A stretch of 64,000 bases of DNA, from NCBI GenBank assembly GCA_965112735.1, contig OZ218950.1, forward strand, positions 558,001 to 622,000. The letters run 5' to 3'. Source of the stretch: Phaeosaccion multiseriatum (Eukaryota > Protista > Ochrophyta, other classes). The stretch's first letter is position 1. Each line of letters begins with the position of its first letter. A program made the position numbers and the translations under genes. This document shows positions 1-12,823 of this stretch, one piece after another. Below the pieces are notes generated by a model. That model saw nothing but the letters and a program-made list of their open reading frames with translations. It made no database searches and had not been told where the DNA came from.

Positions 1-63
1 AGCCTCCACATCTCTCTCACTTCCTCCTCCTCCTCCTGCTCCTCCTCCTCCTCCTGCTCCTCC

Positions 64-820
64 TCATCCTGCTCCTCCTGCTGCTGCTGCTGCTGCTGCT
101 CTTCTCCTACCCACCTCATCAGTCTCCCTAAGGCGCTCCTCATTGTCGTGCTTCCTTGCTTCGAGCACTCTGCCAAGCTCTCGTCGGGACTGAATCTCCA
201 ATGCTCGGGCTTGGTCCCTGCGCAGCACAAATACACACACAGCGCTTAGTGAATGGGTAGGGGTAGACAGAGAAAACATACACGGCACGACAGGACACCA
301 CACGCACGCACTCACATCACGCAGTTCCTCCATACCCCATCCACTGCCATCGTTCCCCCATCAGTCCCCTCCCCTCCCCACCCCCAACCCACTCCCGTCC
401 CCTCCACTGCCATCCCTCCCTCCGCCCTCTCCCCTCCCCTCACCTTGCCAGCAGGGCGTCCTCCACCTTCTGCTTGGACTCCCTGGTGAGCTGCAAAGTC
501 GCCTCCTCTCGAGCAGAGTACTCTCCAAGCTGCCTCTCCATACCGCCCATCACCTGAGTAAGAGCGGTACACACACAGCACGTAAGTAAATAAGAAGGTA
601 AGAACGATCATGTAAGTTCGGCATAATACACACAGTTTCAGTTTCCAGCCAATGATCCTCCACCAAGCAGGCATATACCATAAAAAAAAGTCGTCAGGGA
701 ATATACGTGCGTAAGTCAGGGAAACATGCTATTCCTGTCTTTACCTGCAACATGCCCTCTGCGTCGCTGCGAGTCACCTCGAGCTCCTTGGACAGGCGCC
801 GCGCTTGCTCCCTTGGAGCG

Positions 821-889
<69 letters not shown>

Positions 890-3576
890 TGTGTGTGTGC
901 GCGTGCAAGAGAGAAGGGGGGAAGGAAGTGAGACAGGGATAAGAGGCTAACGCGAAGCTCGCTCACTCGCTCACTTCACACACCCGTAGGTCTCCGCCTC
1001 GAGGCTTTTGTTTGCGAGCATGCCCTGTAACTCGCTTACTCGTGCGGCAGACTTTTGCACACGCTCCGAGATTCCTGGGTGACGAGTAAGTTAGTGAGGG
1101 AGGGAGGGAGTGAGTGACCAGTGTGTGTGTCTGTGCCTGTGGGTGTGGGTGTGAGTGCGTGTGTGGGTGGGTAAGTGGTGCGTGTGTGTCGCAGTGCGGT
1201 AGGAGAGGAGGACACAGCAGATACAGCAGAAACAACAGCGCGTAGTGTGTGTGTGTGGGCCAGTCATGGCAAGTGGTTGAAACTGTCATGGCAAGTGGTT
1301 GAAACTGTCATGGCAAGTGGTTGAAAATGCCCGCTTTGGTATGGTAGGGGGGAAGTGAGAAAGCCCACCCCTCTGGCCCATACGCCATATGCCCTGTACC
1401 GTGTGCCATCTGCCATGTGCGGTACACGAAGCACTTGAGGACCGATTGAGCGAATGGCGTACCTTCCACCTCTGCGTCCATCTGCCTCTGTGCCTGCCCC
1501 GCCGCGGCCTTTGCCTCAGCGAGCCGCTGCTGTAGAGAGGAGCGGTCTTCCGTGGTGCGACTCAGCTCCGTGCGTGTCGACACAAGCCGCGACTAAGGAG
1601 AAGGAAGGAACGAAGGTCAGGGCAGGACATCACAGCTTAGCGTAGCATAGTAGAGAAGCATGAGACGCCTGCACACACAACGCACACACACACACAATGT
1701 ACACCCCCACACCCACATGACACGCACGCCCGCGCGCTCTCTCCCTCTCTCTCACACACACGCGTACGTTTACACACCCACCCACCTCAACTTCGGCCAT
1801 TGCATTGACTGTGCGCAGCAGCTCGGCCTCCGCCGCCCTCTTCTCCGCCTCGAGCTGCGGCACTTGCTCCTCAAGAGAGCGAAGGGCAGCGCCTGCCTCC
1901 TGCAGAGAGCCCGACAGGGACGCGATCTGGGCATCTCGCTCCTGTGCGTGTGAGGGGGCGTTGCGTTGCGTTGAGCGAGAAGAGTGTGGATACACATACC
2001 TCAATGCCAATCTCGACATCAATATCGGTGTCGAATCTTACAATCTTTACCTGCAGGTCCTGGTGGTTGTTGTCCACCTCCCTGCCCAGGGCCTGTGCCT
2101 GGTCGGCCATGAGTGTGTTCTCCTGCATGAGCATCTCCAGCCGCTGGTTCAGTTCGTCTACCATCTCTCTGGCTCCGATGCCGCCAAGGCCTCCAGAGGC
2201 CTCGGTTTGCTGCACCTGCGGCGTAGAGAGAGAGAGATTGAGGCGTGTGGGCAGGCACGTGTTCGGCTTCAGAGAGAGGTCCTTGACGCGAAGGAGCAAA
2301 GTACCTCCTCGGCACATGGGTATGGTGCTTTCGATCGGCACATGGGTATGGGCGGGGCGGGGGCCTTCCAGTACTTCCGCTTCCCTCTCGCTGTTGTGTC
2401 CCTCGCCCACTCGTCCACTCATTTACACACACACGCGGGCGCGCGCTCTCTCTCCTTCCCCTCCCTCTCTCTCCTCCCTCCGTCTCTCTTTCTCCCCCTT
2501 TCTCTCTCTATTCGCTGCCCCTCCACCCCCTTCTCTGTATCTAACAGCCGTCATGCATTTATCCCACTCACCAGGCTGTCAATATCAGAGATCTGCGACT
2601 CCCTCAGACGCTCGTTCTCCTCAACCAGCTGCTCCGTCCGCTGCGAGACGGTGGCAAGCTGACTCCTCTGCTCGCCTACAGTGCACTCCAGGTCATGTAT
2701 TCGGCTGTCATAGGCCGCCAGAAGCGGGGCCATGATCTCCTGGCTCGAGATCCAGGGGGGGAGGTCCTCCTCTGCGTCCACTGCGGCGTGGGTGTGTAGG
2801 TGTGGATGAGCCAGTGAGGGAGTGTTGGTTGGTTGCAATCACCCAAGTGTGTATGGGTCCCTCTCTCTCCCTCTCTCTTCCCCTCCCTTCTCTGTCTCCC
2901 CCCACCCAAAAGACTGGCTCTTGCCTGTGACGTTTAGACCCTCCGAGAGAAACTGTAGCAACGACGAGAAAGGGAGGCCACACCGACAACTGACCCTCCA
3001 GTAGTAATCATTCCCTCCACCCCAGCATAGATAGCATATACCAGACAACAACGCCCCCCCCCCCCCTCCCCTCCTCCCCTCTTACCCTCTGCCTGTCCTA
3101 TCCTCGCCGCCGCGTGTGGGTATTTGAGTTGGTACAGCTTTAACTCCTTCTGCAGTCGGTGCCCCTGATCGTGCGAGAACTCGAGCTCTGCACGCAGTCG
3201 CGCCATCTCCTGCTCGTAGATGCGGGTATCTGCCACTCCCTCCATCACTAGCGCCTGAGGGGAGGGGGGAAGTGGAGGAGGGAATGTGTATTCATATCAC
3301 AGAATGGTTGGGTCAGAGATGGAAGAGGACCATCTCGGTGGGGACGAAGTCAAGAAAGAATAGAGGGGCTCCACCCGCCGCGCTCACCTCTCGTTGAGGT
3401 GGGGCCTTAAGCTCTCCTCCCTCGCTGAGCCAGGCCGCACTCCTCTCGGCTTGCGGTCCTGCTGGTCCTGCTGGTCCTCCCCCTCCCCCTCCTCCCCCTG
3501 TCGCGCCCATGCCTGCCGCTCCCCCTCCCCAGCCCACACGCGCTGCTGCCCCTGTTGCTCCTAGGGTCTCCCTCAT
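64..3576 (-). CDS. CEP89: Coiled-coil centriole distal-appendage protein, CEP89/CCDC123-like (multi-exon; 3' end may run off the window)
   Basis: Exon 3576-3388 (GAG|GTGAGC) splices in phase to 3254 (CAG|GCG CTA GTG ATG). Later exons give LPPWISSQEIMAPLLAAYDSRIHDL...QLVEENERLR and ELNQRLEMLMQENTLMADQ, resembling the CEP89 'PLLxAY...ENE' and 'LxEENxLL' blocks. Downstream exons are coiled-coil. Confidence 0.6.
823..898. repeat. (GT)n microsatellite in a CEP89-like intron, next to the acceptor
   Basis: Directly visible dinucleotide run. Confidence 0.95.
1263..1326. repeat. 22-bp tandem repeat, about 3 copies (GTCATGGCAAGTGGTTGAAACT)
   Basis: Directly visible; intronic. Confidence 0.9.
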
Positions 3577-4201
3577 GCTTGAGCGCCGCTTGGGGTCAAG
3601 CAGCGGCAGGAAGTCCAGGGGGGACCAGCAGCAAAAAGACTTAACGCTTTCGGAAAGTGGTCACGCCATCCCCCTCCAACGGCTGTTGCACACTCGGGAG
3701 ACCCCGACTACGGCTGGCTAGCTACCTCCCTGGCCGCTGCTGCTTCTCGCAGCTATTCCTTCCCCTGTTCCCAGTCTTTAGTCGTCCCGTGTGGAGAGAG
3801 AAAAGAAGAGCCTCCTCTTCCCTCCTCCTCTTCCCTCGAAGAAGACGTTGTCGGCAGGGGCCTGGTCCTAAGCAATGCATTGTTGACATATCTACGTTTT
3901 CTCGATTTCTCAAAGCTGAAACGAAAACTATTCTTTCAATCTTTCAAACAGGAGCGGGGGTGTTCAAACAGGAGGCACACGCGCCCAACACCCTTCCATC
4001 CCAATTGGAGAAGCGTGGAGAGAAGGCGCTGTTGAATTGACGACGTCCTCTAGGCATGAAGTCGATGTAACTGCCTTTATAGAGAGCGGAAAAGCTTGGA
4101 TACGAGGATCGAAATCCGAAAGGTGGGCAAGTTGAGGCGAGTTCCTCTTTCCTTCAGCGCTACACTTGCCCTCGCCTCGGCGTGAGACAAAGGGGGGAAG
4201 A

Positions 4202-6928
4202 ATGGGACCTACTCTGGATGCGGCGGCGGTATCTGGACGGAAGAGGAGCAAGGAGGGGAGGACGCGGCTCGCGGTGTTGCTTCTGCTCATGCTGTGCGGG
4301 GAAGGCGCATCCCTCGTCCTCCATGGCACCTGCAGCAGCAGCAGCCGCAGCAGCAGCAGTACGAGAGCTCTACCGGGAAGAAACTCGGGATCAGCGGCTA
4401 CTGCTATGCCCTGTGGTAACAGGAGCTCAACTTGGAGCAGCGGGAACAGAAGGAATGCTCTCGCTCAAGGGAGCGGTGGTGGCTTCAGAGTCGGAAGCGG
4501 ATCGGTGAGGATGTCTGCCACCGAGCTAAGCAGAGAGGAAGAGGGATCTGCTGTGGCGAAGGAAGGAGTACTGAGAGGCGGCGATGAGCCACCCATCATC
4601 AACTCACTGAGGAACGAAATCAGGCTTGCCCACGAGAGGCGCCGGAAGGATGTGAGTGAGGCGAGGATTGGAGCCGCCGTCGTGGCAGCACTGGCCGCGG
4701 TATACGCCTTGGGAGACATTGAGATAGTGGGGGCCGCCATGATCGTCGCTGCGCTGCTTGCCTCGATGGACAATATCGGGGGCAAGCTGATTCGCATCGT
4801 GGGGGGGGGGGCTGCCACGGGCGGCAAGATTGCGGGAGGGCTGGGCTCAGACATCTCCGAAGAGTGGGCAAAGATGGACAGGGCCACCACTTTGAGGAAG
4901 GCCAAGGAGGCAGGCTACCCTCCTGCCCTGGCGAGCGGTACGGCGGAGTTTAGCGTGCCCTTCGGATCGCCGGAGTATGCGGAGTACCTCACCCAGGCCC
5001 AAGACTGGCTCAGCGCAGAGAAGGAGGCGAATGCTTCCGTGCAGGGCGGGGGCAGCCGGTCTACTTCTCCGGAGCAGAGAGCAGCAGCTGCAGCAGGAGG
5101 GGGCAGCCAAGTCTTGGAGGAGGGCGCTCATGCAAAGGAGGAGGGGGGTGGCGAAGAGGGCATGGAGGCCAAGAGCACGACTTCCCTTCCCACCCAGCAG
5201 GGGCAGCAGGCGGACGATGCTTGGCCTGGTCCCTTGCAGGGGCTTCAAGCAGGGCTCCAAGACTTTTGGGGCTCTGGCTCCACCTCCAGCTCCCCGGCCA
5301 AGCGGGGAGAACTCCCTTCTCCCATGCAGGATCTTCAAAGCTTCTTTGACTCTGTTTCGAGTGCCGTGTTTCCGTTCAGCGAATCCATCTCTTCGGACGA
5401 GCAGAATGACCCGAGCGGCGCAGTGGAGAATCGCGGCAGCAGCGGTGGCGGAACGGCCCAGGGGGGCAATTCCCAGGGGGGCTCTTCTGCGCCCCCTTCT
5501 CCCATTGTGCAGGGGATTCAAGGCTTCTTTGAGTCGTTTTCCAACTCCGTCCTTGCGCTCAGCGACAAACTCGAAGGCGAAAGTCGCACCACCACGACAA
5601 GCAGCAGCACTGGCAGCAGCAGCACCGGCAGCAGCAGCAGCAGCTCCATGAAGGGGGGCTCTGGCGGCGACTTGCGCTCCGCCATCGACGTTTCGTACTC
5701 AGTGGAGGAGACGGCCGCATCTGCCGCATCTGCACCTCTGACCGTGGAAAGTGGAAGTGCAGTGGACAGTCCGCTGACTGGGGGTCTGGAGGGAAGCGAG
5801 GAGGGGGGAAGTGATTCAATTGCCAGTCCGATGACGTCGGCGACGACGGGTGTGGGGAAGGAGAGTGTTGAGGGACTGGATCTGTCAACCGCCACCACCT
5901 CTCTGGGAGGGGCTGGGCAGGAGACTGCACAGCACGAGGCAGCTGCTGCCCCCTCGGGCACTGCCCCCTCGGCCGCCACCACCCCTCTGGGAGGAGCTGG
6001 GCAGGAGACTGCACAACACGAGGCAGCTGCTGCCCCCTCGGGCACTGCCCCCTCGGAGAGCGCCACAAGAACAGCAGCAAAGACCAGTATATTCGCCAGC
6101 TCGGGCTCCGGTTCCAGTTCCAGTTCGACTTCCACGTCTTGGGTGCCCTTTGGCTCCAGAAAGGGGGGGGCGAAGGCGGGCACCAAGGGCACGGTTGGCG
6201 CAACCGACAGCGCGGCAGAGGGCGCAACGGAGGGCACAGGGGGCGAGAGTACGGCAGAGGGGGGAGCGGTGGGAATGGAGGAGAGCATGCCGATGTCTAT
6301 TGACGGCGCCTCGTCTCAGGGGGCTGCTGCTGCGGCTGCTGTTGATGCCGTGGGTGAAGGTCCCCTGTCCCCGTCAGCGTCAGCGCCACCGTCAGCGTCA
6401 GTGTCGGTGTCAGCGTCAGAGGTATCGTCTGCGCTTGAACTCGCTTCGGAAACCACCACCACCCCCACCACCCTCACCACATCAGCCGCCGAAAGCGTGA
6501 TGGAAGAGACGGCGGCGGGTGTCAGTGCAGACAGCCTGCAGGGGGGCGTCGGGACAGACGCTGACAGTCTCCAGGCAGAAGACCCCCTTGAGGTGGAGGA
6601 GACAGTCGGTACTGGTGTTGAGATGCCACGACTTGGGGTGGAGGAGAAGGAAGAGGAGGAGGGGGAGACGAAGAAGGAGGAGGAGGAGGAGGAGGAGGAG
6701 GAGGGGGTGGCGGGTCTCGGTCCCATGAGTGAAGTGAACGAAGTGAAGAGCGAATTCTCCTCGGCCTCGACGGCACCAAAGGTGACGGAACCTGTAGCAG
6801 CAGCAGCAGCGATGCAAGCTGTGAGTCCAGCAGCGGTGATGGGGGAGGTACCGGCTCCGAGGGCAGCTGGCAAGAAGAAGATGAACACATGGCTGCCCTT
6901 TGATTCCGACCTGGAGGCGAGGGAAAGC

Positions 6929-6960
<32 letters not shown>

Positions 6961-7204
6961 CAGTAATGGTCCTGCAGGGCCGTCTGTGATCGCGTCTGTG
7001 GAAGAGGGGCAGGATGGCGTGATGGGTCAAATCGATGCTTCGGAGGAGGACAAGGACGGGGGGGCGGAGGAGGACGCGTCGATCGCGTCGATTGGGATTG
7101 ACGCCAGGGATGGGCAGGCGAGCATGAGCATCAGCGGCGGAGACGCCGTTGGCGCTGGCACAGCGGTGGACGAGAAGGAGGAGGAGGACGAGGAGGAGGT
7201 GGCG

Positions 7205-7237
<33 letters not shown>

Positions 7238-8572
7238 TCCAATAAGAGGGCACAGGTGGAGAGAGAAGCGCAGGACTTACTCAGCGAAGTGGAGGCTCAG
7301 CTAGGGCTGTCTGCAAAGGAGGAGCGCGGGTCTTCGGCAGTACAGGCAGCGCAAAGGTCAAGCTCAGGGTCGGGCTCGGCAAGGCCCTCTGTTGGCTCTG
7401 TGGTCAAGAGGTGGGGCGGCGAGGGAGCGACGGAGGAGGAGGAGCGAGCCGTGGCGGCGACTCTGAAGAAGGCAACAAGGGCCAACGCGGAGGCCTACGC
7501 GGTGGGGGACAAGCTTGATGCAAGTCTCGCAGCGAGCATACTGGCGTACTGGCAGCGGCAGAGGGACGCACAGGCGCTTGCGGAGGCCAAGGAGAAGCAG
7601 AAGGAAGAGGAGGAAGAGGAAGAGGAAGAGGAAGAGGAGGAGGAGGAGGAGGAAGGGGTTGGGGTTGGGGGGGGGCTGCCGTCGGTGGACGAGGATGGGC
7701 GGGGTCTTTTGCTTGGTGAAGGAGGAGTGGCTGGCGAAGTGTATGCTGGTGCTGATGGTCCTGCTCCTCCTGCTGCTGCTGTGTCACCAACTGCTGCTGC
7801 TGCTGCAGGAGGAGGAGGGGGGGGGGGAGAAGGGGGAGAAGGGGTGGGAGAAGGAGGAGTAGCTACCGCCATTTCCCGCCTAGCAGCAGATGGTGCAGAG
7901 GCGGGAGTAGGAGACGATTTCTCGTTGGGCAGCCCCATCAGTGGAGCCCGCCCCATCTACAACGCGTTTGAGGAGGAGGAGGAGGAGGAGGAGGAGGAGG
8001 AGGAGCAGGAGACTGCAGAGCAACTCAAGGCCAAGACCACTGCAGCGGCGATTCCTGTGGGGGCGGAGGGGAGGATTGCAGCCATCGCCAACGCTGACAC
8101 CTTGTATGGTGGTGGTGTGGACACCGAAGAGGGCACTTGGGAGCAGCGAGGAGGAGGAGGAGGAGGAGGAGGAGAAGGTTCGGCTGCGCAAGAGGAGGGG
8201 GGAGACAAGGCATATTGGAGCAGTCTGATCAACGGAGGCAGCCCCATCTATCGCGAGTATCAGGAGCAGCAGGGCATGGAGAAGGTCAAGGCCAATGTTG
8301 GGAAGGGGAGCAGTCTGAAGAGGAGGGCTGAGGAGGAGGGGGAGGGGGAAGACAAGTCGTGGAGGAGTCTCATCGACGGGGGGAGTCCCATCTATCGCCA
8401 TTACCAGGAGCAAAAGGCCCTGGAGCTGATCAAGGCTCTCGCAGCCGCGAAGGAGAGGGAGAAGGAGCTCGAGCTTGCGGCGGCGGAGAAGAAGTGGAAG
8501 GGGGGAGGGGGGGGGGAGGAGGGGCAAAAGCGGCGAAAGGTGGCCAGTCTTTTTGGCAAGCGATCCCGATAA
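4202..8572 (+). CDS. Large single-exon, low-complexity acidic protein; putative plastid-targeted membrane protein of unknown function
   Basis: 1468-codon ORF, first ATG at 4202. Hydrophobic signal-like RLAVLLLLMLCGEGAS is followed by an S/R-rich transit-like stretch and a hydrophobic hairpin (IGAAVVAALAAVYALG...VGAAMIVAALLAS). It has an 84-bp internal repeat and a duplicated WxSLIxGGSPIYRxYQEQ motif. Confidence 0.75.
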
Positions 8573-8866
8573 AGCACAGGAGACAGGGAGTTGCTACCAG
8601 CAGCCGCGGTAGGCATCTCGAGCTGTGGCGTGCGCGCGTCGAGGAGAAGGAGAGAGGCGCTTTGTTGATTTTTTCCATAGTTAGGGACTTGGGACTTAGG
8701 ACTTATACACCGTACTAGGCGCTTATATGTGTTCGATACATTCATTTTAATTAACGCTCATTCGAGCTGGCCTGGGAGGGGGATGCAATGCAAAACAACG
8801 AGGCCACTCCAACCAAACAATTATTCCGGATTTCTACTTCTATTTCTTCCCCCTCCTTTACTACTG

Positions 8867-9190
8867 GTACTTCTGTGCTTTGCTCATGACACACCATCTA
8901 TATTCCCTACCCCACCTCATCCCTCCTCCTTTTGATACACGGAACTACATATCACTAAAGGGGGGCTAATAATGTAACACACATTATTGTAGCCCCCCTT
9001 GTTATATGGGGTGATGCCCCACACTCTGTTCTCAAGAGCTGCCCTGTACTTCTGTGCTTGTCCCTACCCCACCTCATCCCTCCTCCTTTTGATACACTGA
9101 ACTACATATCAGCCGGGCTAATAATGTAACACACACTATTGTAGCCCCCCTTGATATTGCCCGTCCGCCCCACACTCTGTTCTCAAGAGC
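8867..9190. repeat. Degenerate tandem duplication of about 150-175 bp between convergent genes
   Basis: GTACTTCTGTGCTT...CCCTACCCCACCTCATCCCTCCTCCTTTTGATACAC...GGGCTAATAATGTAACACACA...CACACTCTGTTCTCAAGAGC occurs at ~8867-9040 and ~9047-9190. Confidence 0.9.
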
Positions 9191-9239
9191 GGACGACGTG
9201 GGCGCACACACCACCACTTGCACGTGCGTCTGCTCTTAC

Positions 9240-9273
<34 letters not shown>

Positions 9274-9292
9274 GGTGTTGTTGTTGTTGTTG

Positions 9293-9952
9293 TTAATGTG
9301 GTGGTGCTCCATCATCTTCGACGCCCGCGGCGACGAGCCCCTCCCGCAGCTGCGCCTCGATACCCTCCTTCTTTCGGCGCTGCTGCTCCTCCAGAACGGC
9401 GGCCCCACACTCCTCTGCCGTCTGCCACAAGTGGGCCCGGGCTTCCTCCCAGCTTCGGGTGCCATTGGGGCCATCCAGAATGCCCCCCAGCTCTTGCCGG
9501 GAAGGAATGAGGACGACCCGCACCACCGTCTGGAACGAGACGCTCCGGCGGTTCCTGGCGTAGTCGCTGTCCTCCACCTCCTTCTCGGTGAGGGTGCTTG
9601 ACGAGATAATACAGCTCGAGCTGAGGCTGTGTCGATGGCCCCCAGGGCCTCCTCTACCACCACCCAGGTGGGAGAATATTTTGCGCCTCCCCTCGCTGCT
9701 ACTGCCACTACTGCTGCTAATATCACTCCCCTCGTCGCTCCCCGGGCTTAATGGGGGCCCAGCCGTCGAGCCCCGAAACCTGGGGCCCCCGTCCTCGTCT
9801 CGTTGCTGGTGCAGGTTGGGGACAGAGCGGATCCTCCGCACCCCCCGGCCCGGTAGAGTTGAATGTAAAACCCTGTCCAGCTCCATTTGCCGCGCTCGTC
9901 GTTGCCTTGTTGCACTTTGGCAGCGCCTCCATCGTTGCCGGCCCGTCATCAT
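9293..9952 (-). CDS. Hypothetical protein with a PP1-docking-like motif (RRSVSFQTVVRVVLIPSRQE...LW)
   Basis: 219-aa ORF with an RVxF-type motif followed by VRVVLIPS, and RRIRSVPNL resembling a phospho-Ser site. The start codon is uncertain. Confidence 0.6.
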   Translation of the reverse strand: MMTGRQRWRRCQSATRQRRARQMELDRVLHSTLPGRGVRRIRSVPNLHQQRDEDGGPRFRGSTAGPPLSPGSDEGSDISSSSGSSSEGRRKIFSHLGGGRGGPGGHRHSLSSSCIISSSTLTEKEVEDSDYARNRRSVSFQTVVRVVLIPSRQELGGILDGPNGTRSWEEARAHLWQTAEECGAAVLEEQQRRKKEGIEAQLREGLVAAGVEDDGAPPH

Positions 9953-10806
9953 CTCTCAGCAAGTATTTCCTTTTAGTAGGAGTAATGCTCTCTATATACG
10001 TCCTATGACTGGGACATGGTCAGAGATCGAGAGAGAGCTGTAGTCCCTGCTTGGACAACCCGCTTCAAAGTGCAAAAGTCAGCTTTTTATACGGCGGTCC
10101 ATGGGTTCTAGACGGGTAATTTGGAGGGTGGAAGGTTTCAAAGCAGCCGTTTCAGAGAGCCGTTTCAAGGCTTTTTTTTTCCGCCCAAAACTTCTCACGT
10201 CCCACCTCCTCCCTGCTGCCTTTTCACCTTCGAACATTCAAAGTTCTGTCGGAGCTTCAACAAGCAGCTCGGCTCTTCGCGAAAAAATATACAGCTTGTT
10301 GCCCTACCACCCCTAGCTGGGACTCGGTGATAGAGGCACTTTAGGGGGGGGGGCAGGGCCCTTATAATCGACTGTAAGACCCGCATGGCCCCCCTTTTAG
10401 ACTGGACTATTGGCCTATGCATGCTCTAGGCCTCTAGGCCGTACCTTCAACCCCCCCCCCCGGGTCACCTGACGCTGGGGCATCATTGAGCGCGGGGGGA
10501 GTCCATTGCTTGGGCTAACTCGCAGGACACGCAAGGCAAGAGAAAGTATTACTACTACTCCGAGCTGTGCCCTCCTACGCGCAGTCGGGGCATGTCCACG
10601 ACCTCTCTCTCGGTCTTTTCTTTGTAGCGATATATAAGGAGTCATTAGCTCGCTCTAAACCATTCAGCGCGCAACCCTAACCATAGCTAGGCCTTAGGCC
10701 GGGGGGGCTGTGCCAAAAAATAGGCCTAGGCCAAGGGCCTACACCCCCCCTAGGCCGGCCGATGTCTCTAGCCCAACAGTCCGCCTCCTCCTCTCTCCTC
10801 TCTCTG

Positions 10807-11674
10807 TCATAATGCGTCGCCCCCGCTGGCCACCTTGGTGGCGACGAAGGAGTTGGAGATGGTGCTGAGACGGCTCTCCCCTCCATTCTCGCCCTCCCAG
10901 CCGACGTTGCCGCCTCCCGCCCATCTGAGTTGTGGTGGTTGTAGCAGGAGCAACAGCAGAAAGCATTTGTCCAGAGGTGAACAGCCATGGCGCCAAAAAA
11001 GGAAGGAGAGGGCTAGTTTGCATGCCTTTGATGCCTAACCCTGCGCACTACAACTCACAATACGAGGAAGGTCCCGTCTCCCCTCTGCTGCGCGTTGCAA
11101 AAGGTGTTCCTGTGGAGCTCGGACACGCCTTGCTGCTCCAGTAACAGATCCTTCCGCATCACCTGAAGTGAGTGGAAGCACCGACCGACCGACAGACCCA
11201 GGGGAGGAAGAGAACAAGCGGAGCGAGCACCACACATTGCAATTAATTGTGCTGTCATGGGAAGGTGCCCTAGGTCCACCACCGAAAAGCTCGACGCGGT
11301 AGCAAAGACGGGGACGGACGCAACAACAACAACCACAACAACAACACGTGGATCTTCTCTCATCCTCACCCACCTTAACCGGTGTTTCCAGCAGGAAGCG
11401 TAGAGTGTTCCCCTCGAGCGTGATGCTGTCCTTTATGACCTGTGAGGGCGGCTGGTTCGAGTCCAGGTCGCGCCGACTGCCCAGCAGCGAGGCCAGGGCA
11501 TTAGCGCTCCCTAGGCTCTGCCACGAGCTCAGGTCTCCGACAGCAGCCACACCTGCCATCCAACGCCACACATCACAATTAGAGCAAGAGTAGTAGTGAG
11601 AAGGCGATGGGTGCGCTTAGGTGGAAGAGCGCTGTGATGCGTTGTGCCAATGGAGAAGGAACGGGACGCAAGAC

Positions 11675-11720
<46 letters not shown>

Positions 11721-12342
11721 ACCCACACGCACCTGCATCTTCCAAAAGGCTCTTGTTGGAGATGACAGAGACTGACATTGTCTCGGCCCTGCTAAAGTCC
11801 CCTGCGACGAACACCAGGCCCTTCTTGGTCCCGTCCCTCACGTCCCTCACGTATCTCTTGGGGATCATGCACGAGAAGAGCTTGCGCGAGTCCACAAATG
11901 GTACGAATTCCGTCGGTGCATCATCCGCTGCCACCGCGGCTGCAGGTGTCCCTACAGTGCCCGCCGTGGTTCCCGCCACGCCAACGCTCATCATGGCAGC
12001 CGCAGCCAAGTGCTTTGCAAAGGTCCGTCTGCTTGTTGATGATTCATCCCCTTCCCCGCCTCTCCGCCCCATTGCGTCGCTCCTGCTGCTGCGGCTGCTA
12101 CTGCTGCATTCACCATCAATCTCCGGATCTATATGCGCGAGTGGGACCGAGCCCCTCCTCCGCTTCCTCCGAAAGGGGGCAACACTCCCATCGCTGCTCG
12201 CGCTCCTGCTATTGCTATTCGTGCTCTTCCTCCTGCTGCTCGTCCATTTCTGCTGCCGCTGAGGTACCGAGCTCGCAGTGAAGCAAAAGAAGCAAGGCGC
12301 TCCCAGCACAAGCGTAGCAACCACTGCGTGCAGAAGCCACAT
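10807..12342 (-). CDS. PsbP-like thylakoid lumen protein (4 exons) with tripartite targeting
   Basis: Signal MWLLHAVVATLVLGAPCFFC-F, S/R transit region, Tat motif SRRTFAK, hydrophobic stretch and AxA cleavage. Mature part FVPFVDSRKLFSCMIPK...SSWQSLGSANALA...LWAGG...RLSTISNSF resembles the PsbP/Mog1 fold. Spliced model ends at TGA 10807. Confidence 0.7.
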
Positions 12343-12823
12343 GTCACAATTACACACACAAACACACACTCACACACAACGCCAAAAGAGGGGGGAAAGT
12401 CGGAGGCCCGTAGGATTTTGGATGGGTGTACCCCCGGGGTACGTCGATTTTGGTGGAGGACCCTTTCAGTAGGAACTCAGCCTTTTTAAGGAGAGAAGGT
12501 GAGGAGGGGAGGAGCTTCTGCTCCTGCATGAAGGCTGCAAAGGCTGGTATCTGTGGAGCATAGGCGTTGCCGAAGAAAAGCTTGTCATGTGGCTTGTGAA
12601 ATTGGTGCTGTGAGGGCGAGCAAGGCAACCAGCATTTCACCTGGGCACCTCTCTCCTAGTTCAAGGCGCAGTGGTCACAAGGCTGATGCCGCTTATTGAT
12701 ATGGACGTGCCTTGTCCTCTCGGATTCTCACAGCTTCTTTGACTCACCTGCCCTGTTTTTTTACGTTGCCACCCCGCCTTCCCCGCTTCCCACACTCCCC
12801 ATCGCTCTCACAGACAGTCAGCC

